Shown here piece by piece: positions 51,826-64,000 of a stretch of 64,000 bases of DNA. The DNA comes from Mobula hypostoma. Its lineage: Eukaryota. A model generated the notes under the pieces. That model saw only the letters and a program-made list of their open reading frames with translations, did not search any database and had not been told where the DNA came from. Numbering within the stretch: the first letter of the stretch is position 1; each line of letters starts with the position of its first letter. The stretch lies in the NCBI RefSeq assembly GCF_963921235.1, contig NC_086101.1, forward strand, positions 11,286,001 through 11,350,000, in the 5' to 3' direction. The position numbers were made by a program, and so were the translations under genes.

Positions 51826-54800
51826 AGAACATAGAATATAGAACATAGAACATAGAATAGTACAGCACAGTACAGGCCCTTTGGCCCACAATGTTGTGCT
51901 GACCCTTAAACCCTGCCTCCCATATAATCCCCCACCTTAAATTCATCCATATACCTGTCTACTAGTCTCTTAAATTTCACTAGTGTATCTGCCTCCACCA
52001 CTGACTCAGGCAGTGCATTCCACACACCAACCACTCTCTGAGTAAAAAACCTTCCTCTAATATCCCCCTTGAATTTTCCACCCCTTACCTTAAAGCCATG
52101 TCCTCTTGTATTGAGCAGTGGTGCCCTGGGGAAGAGGTGCTGGCTGTCCACTCTATCTATTCCTCTTAATATCTTGTACACCTCTATCATGTCTCCTCTT
52201 ATCCTCCTTCTCTCAAGAGAGTAAAGCCCTAGCTCCCTTAATCTCTGATCATAAGCATACTCTCTAAACAAGGCAGCATCCTGGTAAATCTCCTCTATAC
52301 TCTTTCCAATGCTTCCACATCCTTGCTATAGTGAGGCGACCAGAACTGGATACAGTACTCCAAGTGTGGCCTAACCAGAGTTTTATAGAGCTGCATCATT
52401 ACCCCGTGACCCTTAAACTCTACCCTCGATTTATGAAAGCTAACACTCCGTAAGCTTTCTTAACTACCCTATCTACCTGTAAGGCAACTTTCAGGGATCT
52501 GTGGACATGTACCCCGAGAACCCTCTGCTCCTCCACACTTCCAAGTATCCTGCCATTTATTTTGTACTCTGCCTTGGAGTTTGTCCTTCCAAAGTGTACC
52601 ACCTCACACTTCTCCAGGTTGAACTCCATCTGCCACTTCTCAGCCCACTTCTGCATCCTATCAATGTCTCTCTGCAATCTTCGACAATCCTCTACACTAT
52701 CTACAACACCACCAACCTTTGTGTCGTCTGCAAACTTGCCAACCCACCCTTCTAGCTCCACATCCAGGTCGTTAATAAAAATCACGAAAAGTAGAGGTCC
52801 CAGAACAGACCCTTGTGGGACACCACTAGTCACAATCCTCCAATCTGAATGTACTCCCTCCACCACCACCCTCTGCCTTCTGCAGGCAAGCCAATTCTGA
52901 ATCCACCTGGCCAAACTTCCCTGGATCCCATGCCTTCTGACTTTCTGAATAAGCCCACTGTGTGGTACCTTGTCAAATGCCTTACTAAAATCCATATAGA
53001 TCACATCCACTGCACTACCCTCATCTATATGCCTGGTCACCTCCTCAAAGAACTCTATCAGGCTTGTTCGACACGATCTGCCCTTCACAAAGCCATGCCG
53101 ACTTTTCCTGATCAGACCATGATTCTCTAAATGCCCATAGATTCTATCTCTAAGAATCTTTTCCAGTAGCTTTCCCAACACAGATGTAAACCTCGCTGGT
53201 CTATAATTACCCGGACTATCCCTACTACGTTCTTTAAACAAGGGGACAACATTCACCTCCCTTCAATCCTCCGGTACCATTCCCATGGACAATGAGGACA
53301 TAAAGATCCTAGCCAGAGGCTCAGCAATCTCTTCCCTCGCCTCGTGGAGCAGCCTGGGAAATATTCCTTCAGGCCCCGAGGACTTATCTGTCCTAATGTA
53401 TTTTAACAACTCCAACACCTCTTCTCCCTTAATATCAACATGCTCCAGAACATCAACCTCACTCATATTGTCCTCACCTTCATCAAGTTCCCTGTCATTG
53501 GTGAATACTGAAGAGAAGTATTCATTGAGGACCTCGCTCACTTCCACAGCCTCCAGGCACATCTTCCCACCTTTATCTCGTATCGGTCCTATCTTCACTC
53601 CTGTCAACCTTTTCTACTTCACATGATTGAAGAATGCCTTGGGGTTTTCCTTTACCCTACTCGCCAAGGCCTCCTCATGCCCCCTTCTTGCTCTCCTCAG
53701 CCCCTTCTTAAGCTCCTTTCTTGCTTCCCTATATTCCTCAATAGACCCATCTGATCCTTGCTCCCTAAACCTCATGTATGTTGCCTTCTTCCAGCTGACT
53801 ATATTCTCCACCTCATTTGTCACCCATGGTTCCTTCACGCTAGCATTCTTTATATTTCTCACCAGGACAAATTTATCCCTAACATCCTGCAAGAGATCCC
53901 TAAACATTGACCACATGTCCATAGCATATTTGCCTGCAAAAACGTCATCCCTATTCACACCCACAATTTCCAGCCTTATGGCCTCATAATTTGCCCTTCC
54001 CCAATTAAAAATTTTCCTGTCCTATCTGATTCGATCCTTTTCCATGATAATGCTAAAGGCCAGGGAGCGGTGGTCACTGTCCCCCAGTTGCTCACCCACT
54101 GAGAGATCTGTGACCTGACCCTGTTCATTATCTAGTATGGCATTCCCCCTCGCCAGCCTGTCAGCATACTGTGACAGGAATCCAGCCTGGACACACTTAA
54201 CAAACTCTGCCCCGTCTAAACCATTGGAACTAATCAGGTGCCAATTAATATTAGGGAAGTTATAGGCACCTATGATAACAACCCTGTTATTTTTGCACCT
54301 TTCCAAAATCTGTCTCCCAATCTGCTCCTCGGTATCTCTGCTGCTACCAGGGGGCCTATAGAATACTCCCAATAGAGTAACTGCTCCCTTCCTGTTCCTG
54401 ACTTCTACCAATACTGACTCAAAAGAGGATCCTGCTACATTACCCACCCTTTCTGTAGCTGTAATAGTATCCCTGACCAGTAATACCACCCCTCCTCCAC
54501 TTTCCCCCCTGTTCTATCCCTTTTAAAGCACTGAAATCCAGGAATATTGAGAATCCATTCTTGCCCTGGTGCCAGCCAAGTCTCTGTAATGGCCACTACA
54601 TCATAATTCCATGTATGTACCCAAGCTCTCAGTTCATCACCTTTGTTCCTGATGCTTCTTGCATTGAAGTACATGCACTTTAGCCCTTCTACCTTACGAC
54701 CTTTGCACCCTTTATTCTGCTTCTTTCCTCAAAGCCTCTTTGTATGTTAGATCTGGCTTTACTCCATGCACTATACTTGCAGTTCTCGCATGACCTTTAT

Positions 54801-56102
54801 CCTCCTCCACCTCACTCTCTGCTCTAACACTCTGGTTCCCCTCCCCCTGCAAATCTAGTTGAAACCTCCCAGAGCAGCACTAGCAAACCTTCCCGCAAGG
54901 ATGTTAGTCCCCCTCCAGTTCAGGTGCAACCTGACCTGTTGGAACAGGTCCCACCTTCCCTGGAACAAGGCTCAATTGTCCAGAAACATGAAGCCCTCCC
55001 TCCTGCACCATCTCCTTAGCCATGTATTTAGCTGCATTATCTTCCTATTTCTAGCCTCACTAGCACGTGGCACGGGTAGCAATCCTGAGATTGCAACCCT
55101 GGAGGTCCTGTCCTTCAACTTTGCACCTAACTCCCTAAATTCTCTTTGCAAGACGACCTCCTTCTTCCTATCCACATCATTGGTCCCTATATGGATCACG
55201 ACATCTGGCTGCTCACCCTCCCTCTTGAGAATACCAAGAACTCGATCTGAGATATCGTGGACCCTGGCACCGGGGAGGCAACAGACCATCCGGGATTCTC
55301 GATCTCTCCCACAGAACCTCTTATCTGTCCCCCTAACTATTGAATCCCCTATCAGAACTGCTCTTCTCTTTTCCCTCCTTCCCTTCTGAGCTGAGGGTCC
55401 AGTCTCGGTGCCAGAGATGCAACCACTGCAACTTGTCCCTGGTAGGTTGTCCCCACCAACAGTATCCAAAACAGTATACTTATTATTGATGGGAACGGCA
55501 CAGGGGTGCTCTGCTCATTCTGTGTATTCCCCTTCCCTCTCCTGACAGTCACCCAGCTACCTGCCTCCAGACTTTTAGGGGTGACTATCTCCCTGTAACT
55601 CCTGTTTATTTCTGCCTCTGCCTCACCAATGATCCGAAGTTCATCCAGCTCCAGCTCCAGTTCCCTAACTCAGTTTGTCAGCAGCTGCAGCTGGATGCAC
55701 CTTTTACACGTGTAGCCACCAGGGACAATTGTGCTCGCCCTGACTTCCCACATCCTGCGACGCAGCATCTGACTGCCCTAACTGCCGCCTCCATTGCATA
55801 CTCTTAAGTTAATTACAGTAATTAAAGGAACTTACCCAGCCTTACCTCACTGAGATCAAGCTCGTCCTCAGCCTCTGCTCACTGAGGCCTCTCGAGCCAA
55901 AGCCTTCCTACTGTGTTTCCCTCTACTCCATTGCCCGCTACTACATCACCCGCTCCGTTAATCTGCTCACTTTTTAAACTCTCCCACTGTCTCACCGGCC
56001 AACTTTCACATGCTTGCGCAGTTGTGCCCTGTTCGAACTGCTGAAGAAATGACCTCCCCTTTTCAATCTGCTCACTTTTCAAACTCTCCCACTGTCTCAC
56101 GG
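51826..56102 (-). mobile_element. Full-length CR1 LINE, degenerate, with tandem 5' repeats
   Basis: ORF1 GDSIVRG/HIGTND (54972-55469), APE (54022-54674), RT 278 aa with FADD; repeated tagaaca tail; aatctgctcactttt.aaactctcccactgtctcac occurs twice. Confidence 0.97.
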
Positions 56103-57089
56103 TTTCATACACATCTTTTTTTGCCACTCTATCTATTTGCATTGCCACTATCAGGAAGATTGGACTTTAACCCAAAATTCCTCTGTACATCAAAGCCACT
56201 TACACTTGACATTCTGAAGTGCAACACCTCACTTGTTCAGATGTCTCCTCAGATCTCCGAATGATCTGTGTCCTACTGTATCCTTTGAGAACTGTCTTCA
56301 CTACCCAAAATTCAACCAATATTTGTCTTGTCTGCAAAGTTGCCAACTCACCTATCTACAACTTTGTCTCAGTCATTTATATGTTGTATATGTACTGTGT
56401 GTACAGTTCGCCAAGGATCCTGTGCATCTCAGAATGTTCAAAGTTTACAACTCTGAAATTCTTCTTCTCCAGTTAGCCATGAAACCACGAAAGAAAAGAA
56501 AGGCAGCATGATCATCCAACCCCAAATCCCCCCTCCCCACACAAAAACAGTGAACAAACACAGAACAAGCACATCGACCTCCAAATCCCTCCTTCCACAC
56601 AAAAAAGAACAAAATGGGAACAGGCACATCAACCCCCAATTCCCCCTCCCTGCAAAAAAAAATTTAGTGAGATTAGGCAAAAAACATCGAATATTAAAAA
56701 ACTATAGGACTGAAAAAAAATTCTAGTCCAAATCTACATCCGAAACTCAGAAAACTTGGATAACACTCTCCAGGCAAAGCGACAGGCTTTTCCCTGTCTG
56801 GCAACGAGTGATTAAAAGACAGGCAGCCGGCGCTCACCCTCCACATTCACCTCAATCTTAATCATCCTGATCAACCCACCATGAGAGGCTGTTCAGTTTC
56901 CTTACTAAAGCCCATGTAGTCAACATCCACTGTTCCACTGTTATAAATCACCTTCTTCACCTCAAAAACCTCAATCAAATTTGCAAGACATACCCTACTC
57001 CACACAAAGCCATCTAAATGCAAGCAAATCCAATCCCAGAGAATACTCTCCAATAGCTTTTCTATCACTGATATGAAGTCCATGGGCTA

Positions 57090-60000
57090 TCATAGAAACC
57101 ATAGAAACAGGCCCTTTTGGCCCTTCTTGGCTGTGCCGAACCATTTTCTGCCTAGTCCCACTGACCTGCACACGGACCATATCCCTCCATACACCTCCCA
57201 TCCATGTATCTGTCCAATTTATTCTTAAATGTTAAAAAAGAACCTCATTTACCACCTCGTCTGGCAGCTCATTCCATACTCCCTCCACTCTCTGTGTGAA
57301 GAAGCCCCACCTAATGTTCGCTTTAAACTTTTCCCCCCTCACCCTTAACCCGTGTCCTCTGGTTTTTTTCTCCCCTTGCCTCAGTGGAAAAAGCCTGCTT
57401 GCATTCACTCTATCTATACCCATCATAATTTTATATACCTCTATCAAATCTCCCCTCATTCTTCTACGCTCCAGGCAATAAAGTCCCAACCTATTCAACC
57501 TTTCTCTGTAACTGAGTTTCTCAAGTCCTGGCAACATCCTTGTAAACCTTCTCTGCACTCTTTCAACCTTATTTATATCCTTCCTGTAATTTGGTGACCA
57601 AAACTGAACACAATACTCCAGATTCGGCCTCATTATTAATATCCTTCCTGTAATTTGGTGACCAAAACTGAACACAATAGTCCAGATTCGGCCTCACCAA
57701 TGCCTTATACAACCTCATCATAACATTCCAGCTCTTATAATCAATACTTCGATTAATAAAGGCCAATGTACCAAAAGCTCTCTTTATGACCCTGTATACC
57801 TGTGACGCCACTTTTAGGGAATTTTGTATCTGTATTCCCAGATTCCTCTGTTCTACTGCGGTCCTCAGTGCCTTACCATTAACCCTGTATGTTCTACTTT
57901 GGTTTGTCCTTCCAAAGTACAATACCTCACACTTGTCTGTATTAAACTCCATCTGCCATTTTTCAGCCCATTTTTCCAGCTGGTCCAAATCCCCCTGCAA
58001 GCTTTGAAAACCTTCCTCATTGTCCACTACACCTCCAATCTTTGTATCATTAGCAGATTTGCTGATCTAATTTACCACATTATCATCCAGATCATTGATG
58101 TAGATGACAAATAACAATGGACCCAGCATTGATCCCTGTGGCACACCACTAGTCACAGGCCTCTACTCTGAGAAGCAATTCTCTATCACCACTCTTTGGC
58201 TTCTTCCATCGAGCCAATGTCTAATCCAATTTACCACCTCTCCATGTATACCTAGCGACTGAATTTTCCTAACTAACCTCCCACGCAGGACCTTGTTAAA
58301 GGCCTTACTGAAGTCCATGTAGACAACATCCACTGCCTTCCCTTCATCCACTTTCCTGGTAACCTCCTCGAACAACTCTAATAGATTGGTCAAACATGAC
58401 CTACCACGCACAAAGCCATGTTGTCCCTCCCTAATAAGTCCCTGTCTATCCAAATGCTTATAGATTCTGTCTCTTAGTATTCCCTCCAATAACTTACCCA
58501 CTACTAACGTCAAATTTACCGGCCAATAATTTCCCAGATTACTTTTTGATCCTTTTTTTAAACATCAGAACAACATGAGCCATTCTCCAATCCTCCAGCA
58601 CCTCACCCGTAGACACCGACATTTTAAATATATCTGTCAGGGCACCTGAAATTTCAACACTAGTCTCCTTCAAGGTCCGAGGGAATACCCTGTTATGTCC
58701 TGGGGACTTATCCACTTTAATTTGCCTCAAGATAGCAAGCACCTCCTCCTTTTCAATCTGTACAGTTTCCATGATTTCAGTACTTGTTTCCCTTAATTTC
58801 ATAGACTTCCTGCCAGTTTCCTTAGTAAACACAGACGCAAAAAAACCATTTAAGATCTCCCCCATTTCTTTTGGCTCCGCACATAGCCGACCACTCTGAT
58901 CTTCAAGAGGACCGATTTTATCCCTTACAATCCTTTTACTCTTAATATACCTGTAAAAGCTCTTTGGATTATCCTTCACTTTGACTGCCAAGGCAACCTC
59001 ATGTCTTCTTTTAGCCTTCCTGATTTCCTTCTTAAGTATTTTCTTGCACTTTTTATAATACTCAAGCAACTTATTTACTCCCTGTTTCCTATACATGTCA
59101 CACAACTCTCTCTTCTTCTTTATCAGAGTTGCAATATCTCTTGAGAACCAAGTTTCCTTATTCCTATTCAATTTGCCTTTGATCCTGACAGGAACATACA
59201 AGCTCTGCACTCTCAAAATTTCTCCTTTGAAGGCTTCCCACCTACCGATCACATCCTTGCCAGAGAACAACCTGTCCCAATCCACGCTATTTAGATCCAT
59301 TCTCATTTCTTCAAATTTGGCCTTCTTCCAGTTTAGAACCTCAACCCTAGGACCAGATCTATCCTTGTCCATGATCAAGTTGAAACTAATGGTGTTATGA
59401 TCACTGGAACCAATGTGCTCCCCTACACAGACTTCCGTCACTTGCCCTAACTCGTTCCCTAATAGGAGATCTAATATTGCATCCCCCCTAGTTGGTAGCT
59501 CAATATATTGATTTAGAAAACTTTCCTGAACACATTTTATAAACTCTAACCCATCTAGTCCCCTAACAGTATGGGAGTCCCAATCAATATGTGGAAAATT
59601 AAAATCCCCTACCACCACAACTTTGTTTCCTGCAGTTGCCTGCTATCTCTCTGCAGATTTGCTTCTCCAATTCTCGCTGACTATTGGGTGGTCTATAATA
59701 CAACCCCACTAATGTGGCCATACCTTTCCTGTTTCTCAGCTCCACCCATAAGGACTCAGTAGACAAGCCCTCTGATCTGTCCTGCCTGAGCACTGCTGTA
59801 ACATTTTCCCTAACAAGCAATGCTACTCCCCCACCTTTCATTCCTCTGCCTCGATCACATCTGAAATATTGGAACCCTGGAATATTAAGCTGCCAGTCCT
59901 GCCCTTCCTGTAGCCAAGTTTCACTAATTGCTATAACGTCATAGTTCCACGTGTCAATCCATGCCCTCAACTCGTCTGCCTTCCCTGCAATACTCCTAGC

Positions 60001-60595
60001 ATTAAAATATATACACCTCAGAAGAATTTTACCACCACTCACAACCTTTCTATCAGCGGCTTTGCTTGAACTTTTAACATCATTTATTTTCACCCCAGCC
60101 CCACTGTCAGCTCTGGCACTCTGGTTCCCATTCCCCTGCAAATCTAGTTTAAAGCCTCCCCAGTAGCACTAACAAACCTCCCTGAAGGGATATTGACCCC
60201 TTGTAGTTCAAGTGTAACCCGTCTCTCTTGTACAGGTCCCACCTGCCCCAGAAGAGGTCCCAGTGATCCTGAAATCTGAAACCCTGCCCCCTACACCAGT
60301 TCCTCAGCCACTTGTTCATCCTCCAGAGCATCCTATTCCTACCCTCACTGGCACGTAGCACAGGAAGCAATCCTGAGATTACCTCGCTCGATGTCCTGCT
60401 TTTCAACTTCCTACCAAGCTCTCTATACTCACTCTCCTGGACCTCCTCACTCTTCCTTGCCATGTCATTGCTACCGATGTGCACCACGACATCTGGCTGG
60501 TCACCCTCCCACTTCAGAATGTCATGCAAGCGATCAGAGACATCCTTGACCCTGGCACCCGGGAGGCAACAAATCATCCCAGATTCTCTGTCACT
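57090..60595 (-). mobile_element. CR1 LINE truncated in ORF1 (family of 19660-23860), with a 64-bp internal tandem duplication at 57569-57696
   Basis: ORFs 59599-60141, 58539-59618, 58163-58513, 57232-57675. Confidence 0.96.
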
Positions 60596-60796
60596 CTGTC
60601 ACTCCAAGATTATTTCCTTCTTGAAATATAAAACAACATTCGCTATCTCCAATTCTCCAGGACTTCATTTCTGGCCAGCGTTCCACCATTAACCCCTGTC
60701 TTCTGTGGGCAAGACAGAGCAAAGAGTTTTGTCAAAATGCCAGAAATCCCAGAAAAACCCAGAAATTTCCTCTCTTGCCTCTCTCAGTCACTGGTT

Positions 60797-61705
60797 GTGA
60801 TGAATCAGCATACGCAGGGAAATTGAAAATTTGTCTGAGTGGTGTCACAACAACAACCTCTCATTCAATGTCAGCAAGACCAAGGAACTGATTGTAGACT
60901 TCAGACGAGGGAAAGCAGAGGTCCATGAGCCAGTCCTCACCGGTGGATTAGAGGTGAGAGGGTTAGCAACTTTAAATTCCTGGTTGTTACTATTGTAGAG
61001 GACCTGACCTGGACCCAGCATGTCAGTGTAATTGTGAAGGAAGCATGGCAGTGTCTCCAGTTCCTTAGCAGCCTGCAGAGGTTCAGTATGACATCAAAAA
61101 TTTTGATAAAGGTCTACAGTTGTGTAGTGAAAAGTGTATTGACTGGCAGCAGCATGGCCTTATTTGATGTGGGATCACCAAAGCCTTTGAACAGAAAATC
61201 TGACAAAAGGAAGTGGATTTGGCCCAGTATATCACAGGAAAAGCCCTCCCAATCATTGAGCGCATCTACAAGAAACACCATCGTAGAACAACGTTATCCA
61301 TCATCAGTGATCCTCACTGCCCAGGCCAGGCTCTTTTCTCACTACCGCCATCGGATAGAAGGTACAAGAGCCTCAGGACTCGCACCACCAGGTTCAAGAA
61401 TAGTTATGAGCCCTCAACCATCAGACTCTTGAACAAAAGGGGATAACTACACTCACCTGCCCATCCATTGAGATGCCCCCACAATGAATGAACTCTCCTT
61501 CAAGATTGTTTTCTTTCATGTTCTCAATCTTTATTGCTATTTATATATTTTTGCATTTGCCCAGTTTGCTGTCTTCTGCACTCTATTTGATCTTTCAGTA
61601 ATCCTGTTACAGCTACTATTCTGCAGGTTTGCTGAGTACGCCCAAAGGAAAATGAAACTCAGGGCTTATTTATGTAGTCTGACAATAAAATTTACTTTGA
61701 ACTTT
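60797..61705 (+). mobile_element. Rex/Babar-like LINE 3' fragment
   Basis: NVSKTKELIVDFR, SDPHCPGQALFSLPPSDRRYKSLRTRTTRFKNSY; tail aataaaatttactttgaactttg. Confidence 0.8.
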
Positions 61706-61711
61706 GTATAG

Positions 61712-62445
61712 ATCAGAATCAGGTTTATTATCATCAGCATATTTCGTGAAATTTGTTAATCTAGCGGCAGCAGTTCACTGCAACACATAAAATAGAAAAA
61801 GAGGGAAAAAAAATAAATCCATCAATTACAATATACATACATTGAATAGATGAAAAATCATGCAAGAAACATTAATAATGTCTACTGTATTAAAAAAGTG
61901 AGCTGGTGTTCATGGGTTCAATATCCATTTAGGAATCGGATGGCAGAGGGGAAGAAGCTGTTCCTGAATCGCTGAGTGTGTGCCTTCAGGCTACTGTACC
62001 TCCTACCTGATGGTAACAGTGAGAAAGGGGCATTCCCTGGGTGCTGGAGGTCCTTAATAATGGACACTGCCTTTCTGAGACATGGCTTCTTGAAGATGTC
62101 CTTCCTGGATACTTTGTAGACTCGTACCCAAGATAGAACCGACTAAATTTACAACCATCTGCAGCTTCTTTCAGTCCTGTCTGTAATTCCCCATACCAGA
62201 CAGTGAGGCAGCCTGTCAGAATGCTCTCCATGGTACATCTGTAGAAGTTTTTGAGTGTATTTTTTGACATACCAAATCTCTTCAAACTCCGAATGATGTA
62301 TAGTTGCTGTCTTGCCTTCTTGATAATCGCATTCCCTTGATATGTTGGGACTAGGTTATGTCCTCAGAGAGATCTTTACACCCAGGAACTTGAAACTTCT
62401 TAATCTTTCCACTTCTGATTCCTCTATGAGGATTGGTATGTGACA
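61712..62445 (-). mobile_element. Rex/Babar-like LINE 3' fragment
   Basis: KRFGMSKNTLKNFYRCTMESILTGCLTVWYG; VERLRSFKFLGV. Confidence 0.8.
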
Positions 62446-62516
62446 TAGTAGAATTTCCCAGATTGATTTCACTATCTTCCATAATCTAATCATAAGCAAA
62501 CAACTTTTGTTACCCA

Positions 62517-62725
62517 AACACGAGGAAATCTGCAGATGCTGGAATTTGAAGCAACACACATAAAAGTTGCTGGGGAACACAGCAGGCCAGGCAGCATCTA
62601 TAGGAAGAGGTACAGTGGTCGTTTCAGGCCGTCAGGATGAAGGGTCTCTGCCCGAAACGCTGACTGTCCCTCTTCCTAAAGATGCTGCCTGGCCTGCTGC
62701 GTTCACCAGCAACTTTTATATGTGT
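62517..62725. mobile_element. Inverted pair of Penelope pLTR fragments (hairpin)
   Basis: ataaaagttgctgg...gcaggccaggcagcatct (62560-62600) is mirrored by agatgctgcctggcctgc...ccagcaacttttat (62680-62720). Confidence 0.85.
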
Positions 62726-63081
62726 AACTTTTGTTACCCTTTTGCTTTTAATATACGTAAGAAATGCCTTGGTATTTTCTTTAATTCTAATTGCCAATGG
62801 CATTTCATGTCCACTCTCAACTTTCCTTATTCTTTGCTTGTGTTCTTTCTGGCTTTCTTTATATTCCTGAAGTATCCTGTCTGAATTCAACTTCCAAATA
62901 TTTACAAGTTTCATCAGGCAGCATCTGTGGAGAGAATAACAGTTAATGTCTCAAATTGATGAACTAGGAAAGGTTAGAAATCAATAAACGTGATTGCAAG
63001 CAGCTTTAATACTTATGCTTCATGAATTCATGTTGCATTTTGCCTGACGACTATTATTTCTCCATCTGTCATTAACTGCAG

Positions 63082-63360
63082 GTTCGGGGAGTGAACCTCG
63101 GATTCAGATGAAGAGGAATCATGGAGCGGGAATCCAGCTTGTGTGTAAATCCAGTGGATGGAATCCTGAGCCGGAGATCCAGTGGATCGGTGGCGATGGG
63201 AATGCATTAACAGAGGCTGAGACAAAGTACCACAGAGACTCGGGTCTTGTAAATGTTGAGAGCAGTGTTAGAGTAACGAGACAATCATCAGGCAAACTGA
63301 AGTGTATTATCAGGAGTCAACATTTGAAAACAGAACATACAGCAATTATTACAATATCAG
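63082..63360 (+). CDS. Butyrophilin/B7-family IgC exon (279 bp, phase 1-1)
   Basis: ctgcag acceptor, G|gtttgt donor; SGSEPRIQMKRNHGAGIQLVCKSSGWNPEPEIQW...GLVNVESSV...LKCIIRS...ITIS, a BTN-type C domain. Confidence 0.93.
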
Positions 63361-64000
63361 GTTTGTAAATTTCATCATTGAAGGGGGAAGGTGAACTAAT
63401 TTCTGCTGAAAACCTGAATACCAAAGGATAGTAATGTCTTAGCCAAAATCTTATGCCTGTTGAATGCTGTCCTTCGCTTTTAAACTGTTAGTCAACTGTT
63501 AGTGACAATTTTGCTGTTTGTGCATCTTTTAAATCTGGCACACCATTAAATGCCAGTTGAATCCACAACTTGTTCATTTGGGTTGGACATCAACACAGAT
63601 ATTTTCAATCCTTTGATACTCAGGTGAAAATTAGGTGGATACAACTTGGAATGTTTCCAAAAACATTAGCATTACAAAACATTTCCCAAAGCATTAGCAT
63701 CTGCTGCATTGACCTACCTGTGAACTATTGACATTGCTATGCCCAAGATGAAAGTCGCAGGTGTTGTCGAATTGGAAAAAAAAGATCCAGAAAAATAATC
63801 AACCCGATTACTACTTGAAACCTCTATAAATTGGCCCAGGGCTAATACGATCAGAGTAGAATTCCTGGCTCAATGATCAGTGTGGGAATACCACTCATAA
63901 TTTTGTATACCTCTAAAATCTCCCCTCAATCGGCTACATTCCAGTGAATAAAGTTCAAAGGCAATTCAGTCTTGCCCCATATCACAGTGGCTGAGTTTTC

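Noticed and set aside
63361..63640. Secreted isoform by read-through (ISGL*) or a tiny terminal exon at 63624
   Set aside because: Possible but unsupported without transcripts; early stops in introns are expected by chance.

Overview
Vertebrate genomic DNA, about 90% transposon-derived. A cartilaginous fish is likely (inferred from dense CR1 LINEs, V-SINE-like and Penelope-like repeats). One host gene crosses the window on the + strand: a butyrophilin/B7-family Ig gene. It has a candidate CpG-rich promoter/first exon (~6.4-6.9 kb), a signal-peptide exon (24309-24395, ATG 24338), two 348-bp IgV exons (32434-32781, 38491-38838) and a 279-bp IgC exon (63082-63360). All junctions are phase 1 and splice in frame; TM/B30.2 exons would lie beyond the window. 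The second IgV exon comes from a ~6.06-kb tandem duplication whose junction is a chimeric CR1, pointing to unequal crossover between two CR1 copies. The most striking signal is in the CR1 LINEs. Six of seven ORF1/ORF2 junctions, from divergent subfamilies, end ORF1 with an in-frame U-UUA-AAC/U slippery heptamer directly before the stop codon. Where the junction is intact, ORF2 is in the -1 frame and has no AUG before its endonuclease, suggesting programmed -1 ribosomal frameshifting. Also present: Rex/Babar-like and Nimb/I-like (RNase H) LINEs, two Gypsy remnants, a hAT-Charlie remnant, SINEs, degenerate hammerhead-like Penelope pieces, a templated patchwork duplication (9.5-12.2 kb) and an ORF1-module swap between CR1 families. 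Repeat boundaries were read by eye and are approximate.
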